Shown: positions 26,341-38,750 of the stretch, one piece after another | Layout: each line of letters begins with the position of its first letter | Numbering within the stretch: the stretch's first letter is position 1 | Assembly: GCA_012026655.1 (NCBI GenBank) | Contig: JAAILG010000435.1 | Span: 1-64,000, forward strand | DNA length: 64,000 nucleotides | Source: Hydrolagus affinis | Lineage: Eukaryota | Direction of reading: 5' to 3' | Notes under the pieces: generated by a model | What the model was told of the DNA's origin: nothing | What the model saw: the letters and a program-made list of their open reading frames with translations, nothing else | Database searches by the model: none | Position numbers and translations under genes: made by a program

Positions 26341-27254
26341 CCAAACTAGTTATGGACTTTTCGAAATATAACATTCCCAGCAACACATGGTTTGAGGCCT
26401 TGGTTATCAGCAGGCCTCCGATTTTTAGTTTAAAAAATATACAGTTTGACTCGGCTAACAAGATGTTTTCTGCAATATATTGAAAGCTTCAGTCACTATT
26501 TTTTTAAAAAGGTGGGTTACAAATTCACAGACACATTTACGAGGCACCGACCTACCTCCTATAGAATCTTTGTTATGTCCACATAACCCCACAAATAGAG
26601 GGGATTTTGTATGCCGCTTATGGTACGTTTTATTATACACACGTGTATATATATATAAAATGCATGTACAGTATATTATATATGGGTGTGAATGTTGCAT
26701 GTTATACTGCTAAAGACGTAAGCTGACAATAATACAATAAGTGTATACAGTTTTTCTTTATACGTTTTAAAATCTGTCTACAGTATGATGTCTTCCTAAA
26801 AGTCACCAAGACAGCTTGCAGTGCATCATGACAGAAAGCTGCATAGTGTTAATTGGACATGAGATGATAGAATGGGAACATTTGAAATGTAGGGCTGATT
26901 AGCTACACTTTATTGTTACACAGATTTGAATCACTGAAATTAAAAGTGGGGGAAAGGTGCATCAAAGGAAAAAATGGGATTTTTGACAATTGCAGTTTTG
27001 AGTAGATTTCACTAAACCTAAACAAATCAAATGCCATTGATTTTCTATATTTCTCTCCAAAAAAATCATTTCCAGCATTCGGATAGAAATTGTCATAACT
27101 GATTCCCTCAACAAGATCTTGTTTAGGGAATATTCAAAATAAAAACGCTTAATATGAACCTTTGGCTTGGCATGTCTCTAGGGGCAGTAGTTAAACCATA
27201 TGCAGCAGAAAAATGTGGACTGGATGTGTGCTAAAACAGTAGATTACTCCCCCA

Positions 27255-27440
27255 GGAAGAGGTAAGGTTGCTTTAGTGTCTATAGGTTAGGGAGGAAACA
27301 AATTAGCTAGGGTTCACACTTCTGATTGCTGTATGGCAGAAGTGCGTGGATGTGAACATCAGGATGGAGTTTGCCTTTTATGCCCTATCAGTTGCCAGTG
27401 CTCACATCTAGGCTCATAGATGAATCCTGGTCAGTTGAAC
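27255..27440 (+). repeat. Old interspersed repeat, related to reverse-strand copy at ~51150-51420
   Basis: Shared order of motifs gtgaacatca...tgcc...ctcac/ggctcatagatgaa between the two loci; family not named. Confidence 0.35.
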
Positions 27441-29092
27441 ACACAACATCTGAATCATACAAAAACGTGGAGATAATATCTTGGAGAGTATCAGGAGAAA
27501 ATTGGAGGAATAAATAAACATATTTGATTATATCTATGTGTACTTTAGAATTGCTGGTCAATTTAAATGATATCGTGAAGGATATTTCAATCCAGATGGG
27601 CAATGAAACAACCAGACTTTTAATTAATGTGAACTGCAATGGTTAAGATAGACCATTTGTACATTGTGATTAGTGCACTAACATTATATTTTTAAAAATA
27701 TATTTATTTGAAAACTTTACAGGAGATTTACCAACTGATTTTAAAATTATAGAATTAAGATAGACAAAGAATGATAGTTTTCTGGTGGGAATTGTATTTG
27801 AAGTTTTTTTTGTTTTAAGAAGAACATTCTTGTATTCGAACCATATTTGAAATCATGTTTGTGTTGGCAACACTCATAGGGACTCGAGTAGGTGGTAGTT
27901 TAATGGTATATTACTGTATATTGCTTATTGTCTGGCCGATCAGTAGTATTAACCATGTTTTAAATGGTCATGTTAAAATAGGACAAATAAATTAACAATG
28001 TAAAATATCTTTCAGAAATAGCTAGGCTATGGCTGCTTGAGACTGATCCAATCATATTTTGATTGGTTGGAGAATTGCTGTGAGCTTAACTAACTTGCAG
28101 GTTGTAATGGAAGGCAGTCTCTCAGTGCGTAATTAAATGATAAGTTCATATTCACAGGACAATTGTAAGTTACTGAGACTGTCATAGACAACGCCAAAAA
28201 TAGTCAGTCTCATGATGAATACCCTTATTAACAGCTACACTGCTCTCTGTTCATTGGATCTGGCCTGGGAATACTTTGAGATGAAGCCCTGTTTGTAGAG
28301 TGTGTCCCTGTAGATCATTTAAAAGATTCCTGGGAAAGACAAGGTAGAATTTGATCCCTAATCAAAATACACTTCCTACCAGCATTTGATAAGTATAATA
28401 TTATAAAACATTATCCGGACATTAATTGAATGAATTTCAGCTCAAAAAAACAATATCTACACAATCATAATGTTCATACAATAATAACAATTTTAAAGGT
28501 TTACCAGCAATTATGTCTTAACCACATGATTGATGACTCCATAAGAATTGCATTATTTTCATAAATTACTATTAAAACAAACCAAGTATGTCAAGCGTTA
28601 TTCAAAAGTAATTTTGTTAAGATTTGAAAATGTGCTACTGTGACTGAGTCTCTTCTCTCCCAACGCTGCATTTTCCCCAACAATCTGGTCCATAAAAAAA
28701 ATTGGAACAATGAGCTGTTAGTGAACATAACAAAACTCATATCATGTCAGCAGATGAATAGTTACAGTCATTTCAGAAAGGTCAAGAGATGACTTTTTTT
28801 TAACTCATTCATTGCTAAAGATGTCATTTGACGTTGTTGTCACTGTAGTCTCAGTCCCAGGAACACATCAGAGGATGTCAGCTATGCCGAGTGGGTGGAG
28901 GCTGGAACAAAGTGACAACCCAATGAAAATATTCTAGACTACGATTTAATACAATGATTGACAGTATGACATTCCTCTAGGTCCCTCCCTCCTCCTCCCC
29001 ACCTCCAGCCTAATCTGTGCATTCCCAGACCCCCAGTGTTACTGAACAGAAAGAGAAGCAGCGATGACAACGTGTACAGCATGTGTTCACTT

Positions 29093-29201
29093 TATGAAAA
29101 TAATGCAATTATGAAAATAATGCAATTCTTATGGAGTCATTTAAACACTCTTGGGTACTACCCTGCGTGACAGGCGCTATATAAATGCAAGATGTTGTTG
29201 T
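29093..29201 (+). mobile_element. 5'-truncated LINE/SINE tail insertion with 9-bp TSD and locally templated 5' filler
   Basis: tgttcactt at 29084-29092 and 29202-29210; tail ttgggtactaccctgcgtgacaggcgctatataaatgcaagat(gtt)n; 29109-29140 is the exact reverse complement of 28533-28564. Confidence 0.8.
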
Positions 29202-29931
29202 TGTTCACTTGCATGTTGTGATTTTAATGTGATTTTCCAGCTATGTCACGCACCACATAACACTGATTTTGCTAATTCAAACTTTTAGTACAGAGACCAT
29301 TACAGCCAGGCAATTTGAAAAAAAAATCCTGTTCTCACCCATTTTTGTGTGAATTTGACCTATTCAAATAGCAATCTTGTTAATCCAGCACAATCCGTCT
29401 GCACGGAGATTATCAAATTATCTCCACGATCCTGCAAGTATAACTGTGATTACTTGGGTGGAGGGCAGTTGCTTCAGGGTATAAATGCACATAATGTAAT
29501 AATATGAGGGAGATTTTCCTCCTTTCGTTTTGAACACCATCATCCAACTAATTAAAACTCAGTTCAATATACACATAACTGGCTGTGACCCAGGTTTCAA
29601 CTGAAAGCTCATTTTGAATATATTAACAGAGTTCAAACAGCATGGAGATTATAGACACCAGAAGTTGCCTCTGAAAGCTGCAAATGACAAACAGAACTTG
29701 GTTTGGGTTAATAATTTGCAAATACAGGCTGTGTCTGTCTGTCGCCTTGTACTTACATAAAAGTGTTTTTGTTTCATTGGGTTTAACAATTACAGCTCCA
29801 GCAAATTCACCATTTTTTTTTAACATTGCATATTGTGGCAGGGTTAGGCTCAACCAGCTAAGTACCCTATGTGTCTGATAGATACTACAGATTCCCCTTA
29901 TTTCCACCTACTAGTTTGCCTCATCCCTCAC

Positions 29932-30031
29932 NNNNNNNNNNNNNNNNNNNNNNNNNNNNNNNNNNNNNNNNNNNNNNNNNNNNNNNNNNNNNNNNNNNNN
30001 NNNNNNNNNNNNNNNNNNNNNNNNNNNNNNN
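29932..30031. other. Assembly gap
   Basis: Run of 100 N followed by poly-C. Confidence 1.
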
Positions 30032-30074
30032 CCCCCCCCCCCCCCCCCACCACCCCACTCCCACCACCACCATC

Positions 30075-30560
30075 TCTCCTGTGTAAAAGAACCAATTGTG
30101 ACACTGAACAGCAGCCCTCTGTTTGATTGCAACTGTATTGCAATGTGTTTTATCGTCTAATAATAGCTTTGTCATTTAAAACTCATTAAAATGTACCTGC
30201 TTTTGCATCCAGTTCTTAACCTGACTCACATCTGCATTAAAATGGCTATGATTGCACAAACGACAGGAGAATGCCAGTCCAGCTGTTTTGGTTCAAGCAG
30301 GCATTAGTTTTTCCAGTGAAAGGTTAAGACAAAATTCTCAGGCACAGCATTAGTTATTGGTCCTGCAGTCTTAAATAATCCTCTTTCTGCCGTTGACATT
30401 ATTTAACCACCTAGTCTCCAAAACGTTAAGATGTCCTCCAAATGATGACATTGCTGTATTATTAATTAATAATGGTGTCACAAATCTTCCATCATAATCC
30501 TGCTCCAAATAAAATCGCAGAGTGGTTTAATTCTCAAAAGATTTTTTTTGCAATACTATT
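30075..30560. promoter_or_regulatory. Candidate enhancer/CNE
   Basis: ccaattgtgacac, tttgattgc, tgtcatttaaaactcattaaaa, attaattaataatggtgtcac: dense TAAT/TGACA cores. Confidence 0.3.
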
Positions 30561-32499
30561 TTAACAGCCAGCATCTCCCATTCCTCAGATTGATTTTACC
30601 AGGTCGTTCATTTCAAAGTTTAAGAAATATGTTTATATAAATTGATGCGACAGCATTTTATTGCAGCAAATAACATAATTTTCGCTTATTAAAAAGCAGA
30701 GTATTCGAGAAGGAGTCACTTTTAAAATAGCTGTCAGAGCTCTACTGTTGTGATGCTGTAACATAAGTTTTCATTTACATTTTGAGATCCTCCAATACTT
30801 GGAAAACAGATCCTGTTACAGACTGATAATGTACCTCTGATCCCTGGATAATTAACATTCATGCAACAGTGTGAAACTGAACTAACATAAGATCCCAATC
30901 TCTTCAAGGTCAGATCTAGGTTTACTGAAGTAAACAAGGGTGGCAATTCAAAATAAAAATATACATTTTCTTTCCTTTATTAAAACACATACCATCACCA
31001 TTTCAGAATGACTGAGTTTCCCCCTCGAACAGTAGAATTGGCTGTTGCAGATATGTAATTACCTGCAACTGTAATTGAATCCTTGCTATATGGATTTAGA
31101 CAGAAGACTTGATACATGAAGGAAAAACAAAAGAGTCTTAAACCTTAAAATAACACACACATCGTGCACTCTAGTTGGAGCAGATACAGCAATCGTGTTG
31201 AAGACAAACCAGCCTGGGTCACAACAGAATTACAGATGGTCAAAATAATAATTTAAACAAATTGTTTTACAGATACTCACTATTCATTAAGGTGTGTCAT
31301 AAATCATTATTTACCTCGCTGATATGTATGGCTTCTGTTGCATTGCTTCGTTTCCGCATGATTTGACCTAGGTCAGAAATCATAGGAAATAACCTTTAAT
31401 GTGTTCTAAATGACCAGTTTGCAAAATTCAAATTTGTACTGACACATGTGGAAAAATTGGGAATATTTTTGTAAGTGCAGTAATGTGGAGAAGGCACACA
31501 GCTAGCTCGATTCAAAATACAATACCCAACATTACTATACACCCTGTAGCTTGGTAAAGACAAGAGGCTTGATTCCATAACAGCAGCAGCTACAGTCTGT
31601 ACAAATAAGCATGTTGCACAATAAATACCAGTCATTGCTTTAATTAGGAATTCAATTGCAGTTGGAAACCACTTGCCTCTAGTGAGATTATACCATTTAA
31701 CATTTCTATTAACATTTTTAATCGCTCTCCCTCTTTTTTTAATTTACCCTGCTGTGTTTTCATCAACACATGTGGAAGCTCTTGGTGTCTTTCACAAGCA
31801 GTGCTTATTAATAGTAGTGAAAATTTGTGCCCCAGCAAATTTTGGTGGAAGAAATATACAGTAATTATGGCGTAGCCACTAGAAGCAGTAAACAGGTGTA
31901 AAATCTACAATTTGAAAGAATAAAGAGAGAACGCTTATTTCATAAATGATTCTGTTTAATCTTGATGAAATTCACACACACTAGACAGCAGTAAACAATT
32001 CTGGGAGGATGCTACTAAGGACAGAATGGAGGCCTGCTATCATGTAGAAAATCCACTTAATCTTTTCCGTAAAAACGCTATATCAAATGCAAGGATTATT
32101 ATGTATGATTCTATACAAAGGGAGTTCGTTAATACAAAAAGATCCTCTGTGTTGATTAATTACCTTATTTCAAAATAAGCACTGTGAATTCCTGAATAAA
32201 ATTGGACAACTTGATAACCATTTTCCAATTCCGAGAGAGAGAAGGGGTACCAACTCTTCTTCTACTGGGTATTCTGCTACCAACCAATGATAAGGGAAAG
32301 GGGAGCTGTCATAGAAGAATCCAATGGGATGCAGTAACAAAGTTACTTGCTGATTATCTCAGTCGGCTCATGTCTACTGTACATGTACCTGGAGGATCTT
32401 CTGAGAGAAGCTTTGGAAAAAAGCATTGGAATGGAATTGAAATGGGGAACTAGGGCAGTGTTGGCGGTCTTACATGCTGAAATTTCTCTCTGTCTGAGA

Positions 32500-33050
32500 T
32501 TCAGAGTCATGTTTCTCCTGCAAGATACGCCCATCGATGACAATTCTGACACTTCATCCACCACCAGATGATAAAGCACATGAATTACCCCATTGGCAGC
32601 AGCAATTGTACAAGTCACTGTCCTTTGTAAAGACAAAAGTGAGTTGTCAAACAGTGCGCCCTGAGATTGAGAACAAAGAAAAAAAAGGCCCTTTGTTGGT
32701 AGGACCCAGAAAATTAATTCAACTGATGAACCCCAACATCCAACACATTTCCCAATCACAATCTCTGCTTGCACTCAGTACTGAACCACAGTGTTGGGAG
32801 CCTAGCCTTGACTCACCTGGCAACGTATGTGTGGTCGGGGAGATTATATGGTTTTTTTCAAACAAGTATGCTTTCTGAAATATCTTTATGGATCATTCAT
32901 TCACACAGGGAGAAACAAAGTCAGGAGATCTGTCCATTCTGGCAAAGCGTATCATTTGTTGGCTGAAATGGAGAACTGCAGTCAGTAGCTATGGAGAAGA
33001 ATGGAATCATTCCATCCTCTCGAACAAAGTACAAGAGGGCATCAAGAAAG
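32500..33050 (+). mobile_element. Highly degraded RTE-like LINE C-terminal region
   Basis: Across frames: SLSFVKTKV, KYLYGSFIHTGRNKVRR, WLKWRTAV, in the order of RTE motifs (L..KTK..VY, LLYG.L..G.R..GR, WR.AV). Confidence 0.35.
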
Positions 33051-33450
33051 CAGGAAGGATGATGATGAAGAGTAGGCTCACAAAAAATAATGTATAGCTT
33101 TTCCATGCCATAAGAGAAAGAAAACTAAAACTGTATAACTCATGGTAGCTCTACATAGCAAAAGATTAATAATTAACAATGTAACCAACAACGCAATCTC
33201 TCTCTGAATGAAACCACCACAAATTGATGCCATAAAAAATATATAGCAAGAGATGATAACTAGCTGAAAATACTACTATAAAAAAAATCTCAAACATAAT
33301 TATAGAAGTGAAAAGTGCAGTAAAGAATTCAGCGAATTCATTACCAATAAGGAAATACATGAAATTAACTACATTGTTATTGATTTCCCCCCAAAGGAAC
33401 TCTGATGAATACAGGGATTTTTAACAGTCTCCTTGTGAAATGAGTAACAG

Positions 33451-33575
33451 TAATAATAATTATTATAATCCTTGCATTCGATATAGCTCCTTACCATTTC
33501 TTTGAGATGTCTCAAAGCGCTTCACAGAATATACTATAAAGTGAATTGACTGTACAGTTTGTGGGCGAAACACTG
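33451..33575 (-). mobile_element. SINE 3' tail fragment (family of 34602-34918)
   Basis: (aat)n ccttgcattcgatatagc...tctcaaagcgcttcacagaatatactataaagtgaattgactgt, near-identical to 34602 and 48397. Confidence 0.8.
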
Positions 33576-33991
33576 TGATGTGTACTTTGTTAGGACGTAC
33601 GTAAAGATGATGATAGGACAATTCGGCTTCTTGCCATTCCAAATTCATGAATTAGTTTAGGTATGAGGTATTGGAGAATTTCTGCACTTAAAATGTCTTG
33701 GAATTCTTTGTAACTCGGCCTAGCTTTAATTGGTGCTGGGACACACATGCAAGGGGAGGAGCGATCTTCTTGATCAGGTCATAAAGATATTAGACAATGT
33801 GCAAGACCTCATAGAGAGAAAACAGTGTGATGCTGAATTCAGCAATAATCATTGGGGAATGGAGGGAGAGAAACAAGGTATTTTGTGTAGTATATAGCAT
33901 TCTCAGCCACGGTGGCCATCCCGAGTTCCTTTCACAAAGTTCTGCACTGGGCAGGAAACATTTATCCCAATATGCTCAAGCATAGCCATTC

Positions 33992-34345
33992 CTAAGGCAG
34001 AAATCGCAAGCGGAGAGAGAACGAAGTGAATCCGAGTTTCAGTTTAAAGCAGGTCATGGTTGACTGTGTCAAAAGCTCGCCTTGGGTCAACAACAAAAAA
34101 AACACTCTCACAAGTTCAGCACAGGCACCAGCAGCTAGCCATCTATCAAAAACATCAAACGGTGATGTACAAGCACTGTGGCAGGTCCTGTAGCCAGCTT
34201 GGGTCAATGTTATCAATTTTTCCCCTAAATAAAAATCAAGCTGTGAATAGGTGACCCTTTCAAGAACTTTTGAAACAATAGGAATGAGAGAAATGGGTCT
34301 ATAATTTTCAAGCTTATCATATGTTTTAAAAAGAAATTTCACCAC
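33992..34345 (-). mobile_element. Non-LTR retrotransposon (CR1/L2 group) RT N-terminal fragment
   Basis: ORF contains ENYRPISLIPIVSKVLERVTYSQL...QAGYR..HS, the NYRPISL...SK.LE / Q.GFR..HS motifs. Confidence 0.85.
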
Positions 34346-34601
34346 ACTTAGCAGTTTTCAAAAACAAATCTGGCTTGCAGCACAAGACCTAACTGCTTTA
34401 TTGTTTAACCTGTTGTACTTGCACTGGAAAGCAGAATAATCCACAACTGTGAAACTCTTCACAATCAATGAATGCATGAATGAATCAAGGCCCCAGGCAC
34501 TATAATTATATAAATCAGAAATAAGCAAGACCTCTAAATAATTATTACAATTTTAAACTTGGGTTGTGGTCACTTTAAATTTTGCTCTTAAATTAAAATT
34601 G

Positions 34602-34918
34602 AATAATAATAATAATAATCCTTGCATTTGATATAGTGTCTTATCACATCTTCTAGACATCTCAAAGTGCTTCATAGAATATACTGTAAAGTAAATTGAC
34701 TATATATTTGTGGGTTAAATGCTGCAACCAATTGCGTACAGCAGTGTCCCACATCAGTCGTTTATTGGAATGACCAATTTATTATTGTTTTTTTATCAAG
34801 GAATTATTATCAGACGTGTGGCATAAGGAAACTTCCCCATGGTTTCGCACTGCCTGGAATTGAGCCCAGGTATCTTGCCTGCAGGCCGAGTGCAATAGCC
34901 ACTGAGCTACAGGACTCC
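34602..34918 (-). mobile_element. Full-length tRNA-derived SINE (~315 bp)
   Basis: On - strand: A-box TAGCTCAGTGG, B-box-like GGGCTCAATTCC, body shared with 48397-48656, tail ...ctatatcaaatgcaagg(att)n. Confidence 0.85.
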
Positions 34919-35329
34919 ATGATAACTTAAAATTTAACACTGGCTATTTCATTTCTTTTAAATTAAGTTAAGTTTTAGTTGGGAGAAAATGTTTGAGTCA
35001 CGGTAAATAAGTCTATTAATGAATGAATCTTAGTTGTGCCCACACAGATGTACACATGTCTCAACACTGTTAGAAGTGCCTGTATATGTTTCTGAGCCTG
35101 TCTCCATGTCACTACTATTTGAAGCCTTGCAATTTATGTTGCATTAGTTAAAATAATTATTTATAACAGTACAGTACACACAAAGAAAAACCCTGTTTAT
35201 TAAATAAGAAAAATGCAGAAAAAAATCATATCCTGTCAATAGCTACAATTGACTGCACATTAAAAACAATCATGTGATGATTGAATTATCTAGTTGGGGG
35301 GGTATTTTGTTATCTTGTAATATGCCAGG

Positions 35330-36195
35330 TGTGAGGTGCTGTGGTGTCATCCTTTGACTGATATATTAAACCAAGGTTGTGTCTGCTTGTTCAGCTGCAC
35401 ATTAAAGATTTCATGGTACTTTTAAAAAAGAGAAGGGTGTTTCTCTCTCCTACCATCCTATCCTCCAGATAAAATTAGCCTGGATGAGAGCCAACTTTCT
35501 ACAGTTGTACATCAGCAAGACTGAGGTTCTCCTGATTGGCTTGCACCAGCTCTTCCGCACCTCAGGCACTGGCAGCATCAGCATCCACGGATGCACATTA
35601 CAACTCATCAAGCCAGTCACGAACCTAGGCATCTTGTTCAACCCTTAAGTGTCCTTTCTATCCCACATTCATGCCATGACCCGTTCTGCCTTCCCCCACC
35701 TCCGCAACATTGCCGAACTCCACCACTGCCTCAACCCTTCAGGGCACCAAAACCCTCAGCCAAGCCTTCATTACAACCAAGCTTGACGAAGCTGACACCC
35801 TGCTTGTCGACTTTCCAAACTCCATCCATAATCTGCAGATCATCCAGAATTCTGCAGCTTGTCTTCCGCATTAGGCTGCGTGACCCCATCATACCCACCC
35901 TCGCCCGGTTCCCCATCCCTCAGAGGATTGAGTTCAAATTTGTATCCTTGCCTTCAAGGCACTCCATGGCCCTCCTACCTCTCCGACCTGCTAACCCCTT
36001 ATCAACCTGTCCAATGTGAAAGGTATTTTACAAATGCAATTTTGTATTGTATTCATTTCTTGGCTGTTTGTCAGATGTGGCTGTGTACGAAATTATCTGC
36101 TGCATTCACCTACACAGTCACTAGATAAATCCTTTGAAGGTCTCTGAGACATTGACACATCATAAGCTGCTACATTATATACAAGGATAATTATC
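35330..36195 (+). mobile_element. Deu-domain SINE split by an L2 insertion (SINE parts ~35330-35450 and ~36050-36195)
   Basis: ttaaaccaagg...cattaaagatttcatggtact...gagaagggtgtttctc, resuming as ttggctgtttgt...gctgtgtacgaaatt..ctgctgcattcacctac; colinear with 53310-53592. Confidence 0.7.
35452..36048 (+). mobile_element. L2 LINE 3' portion with frameshifts, ending in its tail
   Basis: WMRANFLQLYISKTEVLLIG, NLGILFNP*VSFLSHI, DPIIPTLARFPIPQRIEFK; tail gtgaaaggtattttacaaatgcaattttgtattgt. Confidence 0.88.
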
Positions 36196-37582
36196 TTGAA
36201 GTCTGTTGGCTAAGACACCGGGCGAAACTATTGACTGATAGATATCTGGATAAGACCTGATTCAAGTAAAGAAACAAAAGCTTAACAAAAATACTCTGAT
36301 CAATGGTTAATACACAAATCTGGGGCTGCTTGCTGCATCAACAGAGCTTTATTGAAAAGTCAAAGCTGTCAAATTGCGGTCCAGACTCAAACAATCCAGG
36401 AACACAAACACTCCATCACTTCTGACAGCAACGTACACAAGACACACAATAATAAGTGGAAACACTCAGTTCAGTGGAGCTAAAATCTTAGCAGAGCCAT
36501 TAAGCAGAAGTCTGTGAATATCAAGGGCTCAATTTGAGTGAATGTGTATCAAAGGGCCAAATTATTAATTGCTATAGGACTCAAGACTGCATAATAAGAA
36601 CTGGCAGTGCTGTGATACAGCGTGTTGGTGCTTCATCATATTTTGCCACAGATTGGTAGAATCAGGTTTAAACCTATAATTCTGATATTTACCCGCATCC
36701 TGAATTCCTCATCTCTGCGGTGCCATTGGGGAGGTGTCAGCCAGAGGCAAGGTTATGTCTCAGCAAACGAAGCAGGGAAAAGTGGCAGAGATCTTGGTCT
36801 CGTATAATTCATAGCACAGTAACCTGATTTAGAGTGGTATAGGAAAATGCCTGGGAGAAGGCACCTATCTGCCATCTCTGCCTACTGCCAGATATACAGA
36901 GGATGGTGCTTCATAAATATCTAAAGGCTATGCCATTCAAGGCATATCGCGTTCGAGTCCGACTGTCTCTTATTAAAACTGGCGCGGGCCTGAAGAAATA
37001 ACACTTCCTGCCAGTTCCAAACAGTAAAGGATTTCTGATAATAGCAAGCAGATTCCAACCAGTGACTGTAGTAGGTCCAAATTGTTAAAGGGTGCAGGCT
37101 CCCTTTAAGAAGTTCAAAATAAAGGTATTGAAAGCAAGTTGATTACTTCACTCAGTTCACAGCATTTTGTTTTGTGTAGGATAGTGGCAGAATGGACAGA
37201 TCAGAGTACAAGACACAATAGCCAATTTCTTACATATTTTGAAACAAACAAAACATTAACTACAGTCAATCAATGGCTACACTACACTCCTTGCCAGTGA
37301 AACACAATACTTACTAGACATAGAATCCCCAGTAATTAGCTGCTGATTATTTTTCAATAAATCTGTAGCAAAGATACCGCATTATTAATCTTCACATGTG
37401 AATGCTACACTGCACCAAGGCCATGCAGTACATTAATAGCCATCGACAGCATTAAAAGTAATCCAAAGCAGAACCAAATCTTCATGCAACGCTGAAGCTG
37501 CATGCATTACAAACAATAAATTCAAGACCGTGGTTGAACTCATAACATCATCAGAACTCTGAGATTAGGGAAACGCTACTCT

Positions 37583-37652
37583 CAGGTATGTATTATTATT
37601 CTTCATACAAATAACTTCAGGTATCTATTATTATTCTTCACACAAATAACTT
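37583..37652. repeat. 35-bp tandem duplication
   Basis: caggtat(g/c)tattattattcttca(t/c)acaaataactt x2. Confidence 0.9.
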
Positions 37653-38497
37653 GCTAACCTTTTTTTAAAAATCAAATCTCTGCACGTACTTGATTTGAGC
37701 TCAGAAAGAAAAGCACAAGAAAGAAAATTTTAGATGTTCATTTAAATAGTTTAAATAGATGTTCACTTTAAATAGTTCTTGATGCAGGAAACCCTAATGT
37801 GGTTTTATGGTTCCTCTTTGTCATGCATCACAACAGTGGATTGGGAACTTTTGTTCAGGCATGTGGAAGATTTAACTGTTCGGTGAGTGGAAGATGTGAA
37901 GAAGTTTGGCTAATTATCCAGAGGAATTTGTTTTGTGAAATGTGATGCTATATTTAGAGAAATACGAGATATAATTTTCCCACAACTAAAAGTCTTCATT
38001 CTCATCAATAAATCTGATACATTAAAAGCAAATAATAGATTGATTTATTTAGCAAGCAACAACCACTATGGGGAGAGTGGTACCATGGGTTTGCTATGCT
38101 TTTCATTCACCTCTGAGATCAGAGCACAAAATTAGCTCAGGGTGGTGCATAATATGAACACAGACTGTTGTGGACCCAATAGAACTGGGTTTACGCCCAC
38201 AGCAAAATCCTCCTGCAGTTTAGCACATACAGCGTTAGAACTAAATTGACAATCTGACACAGTGAGGCCACTGAATTAAAATTTCAAACAAGCATTAATT
38301 CCATGAGCAAAAGTTTTACTCATTTGATGCAGCATTCAGATACTTTGAAAGCTGGCCTTTGTTTGACATATTGGCTACTTGTGTCACCCATTGCCCGTTA
38401 GTTGACGCCAATTAATTCAGCCGGCCGTTCTGACTTAAAGTTTGTGAATTGGTCTGTGTGTAGATTTCTGTGAAATGGCATATTTAGAGTTGGTTTT

Positions 38498-38750
38498 AAC
38501 AATAACAGTAACAAATTTACATTTGGGTCAACAGATTATTTCAAAACATAGTTGACTAGGAGCCTGAGCTGGGGTGGGAGGGGGAAGGGCAGAAAGGTGA
38601 CCAAAACTGCAGTTGAAAAGAAAGGTCTTAAGATTGGTTTTAAAGGGGGAGATGAGAGAATCAGTGAATGAGGTCAAGGATGGAGTTTTAATTTGAAAAC
38701 TAGTAATTTTCGGTGGCATGATGGACAACAGAGCGGAGATTCCACAGCAT
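38498..38750 (-). mobile_element. L2 3' end remnant
   Basis: - strand reads SPFKTNLKTFLF (L2 terminal FK..LKT.LF motif), followed by an (aac)n-type tail. Confidence 0.7.

Noticed and set aside
28533-29140. MITE with 32-bp terminal inverted repeats
   Set aside because: No target-site duplication outside the arms; the right arm is partly duplicated and lies within a TSD-bounded retroposon insertion, which fits templated filler better
34850-34918. tRNA gene
   Set aside because: A/B boxes are present, but it is the head of a SINE with a second copy at 48.4 kb; no convincing cloverleaf
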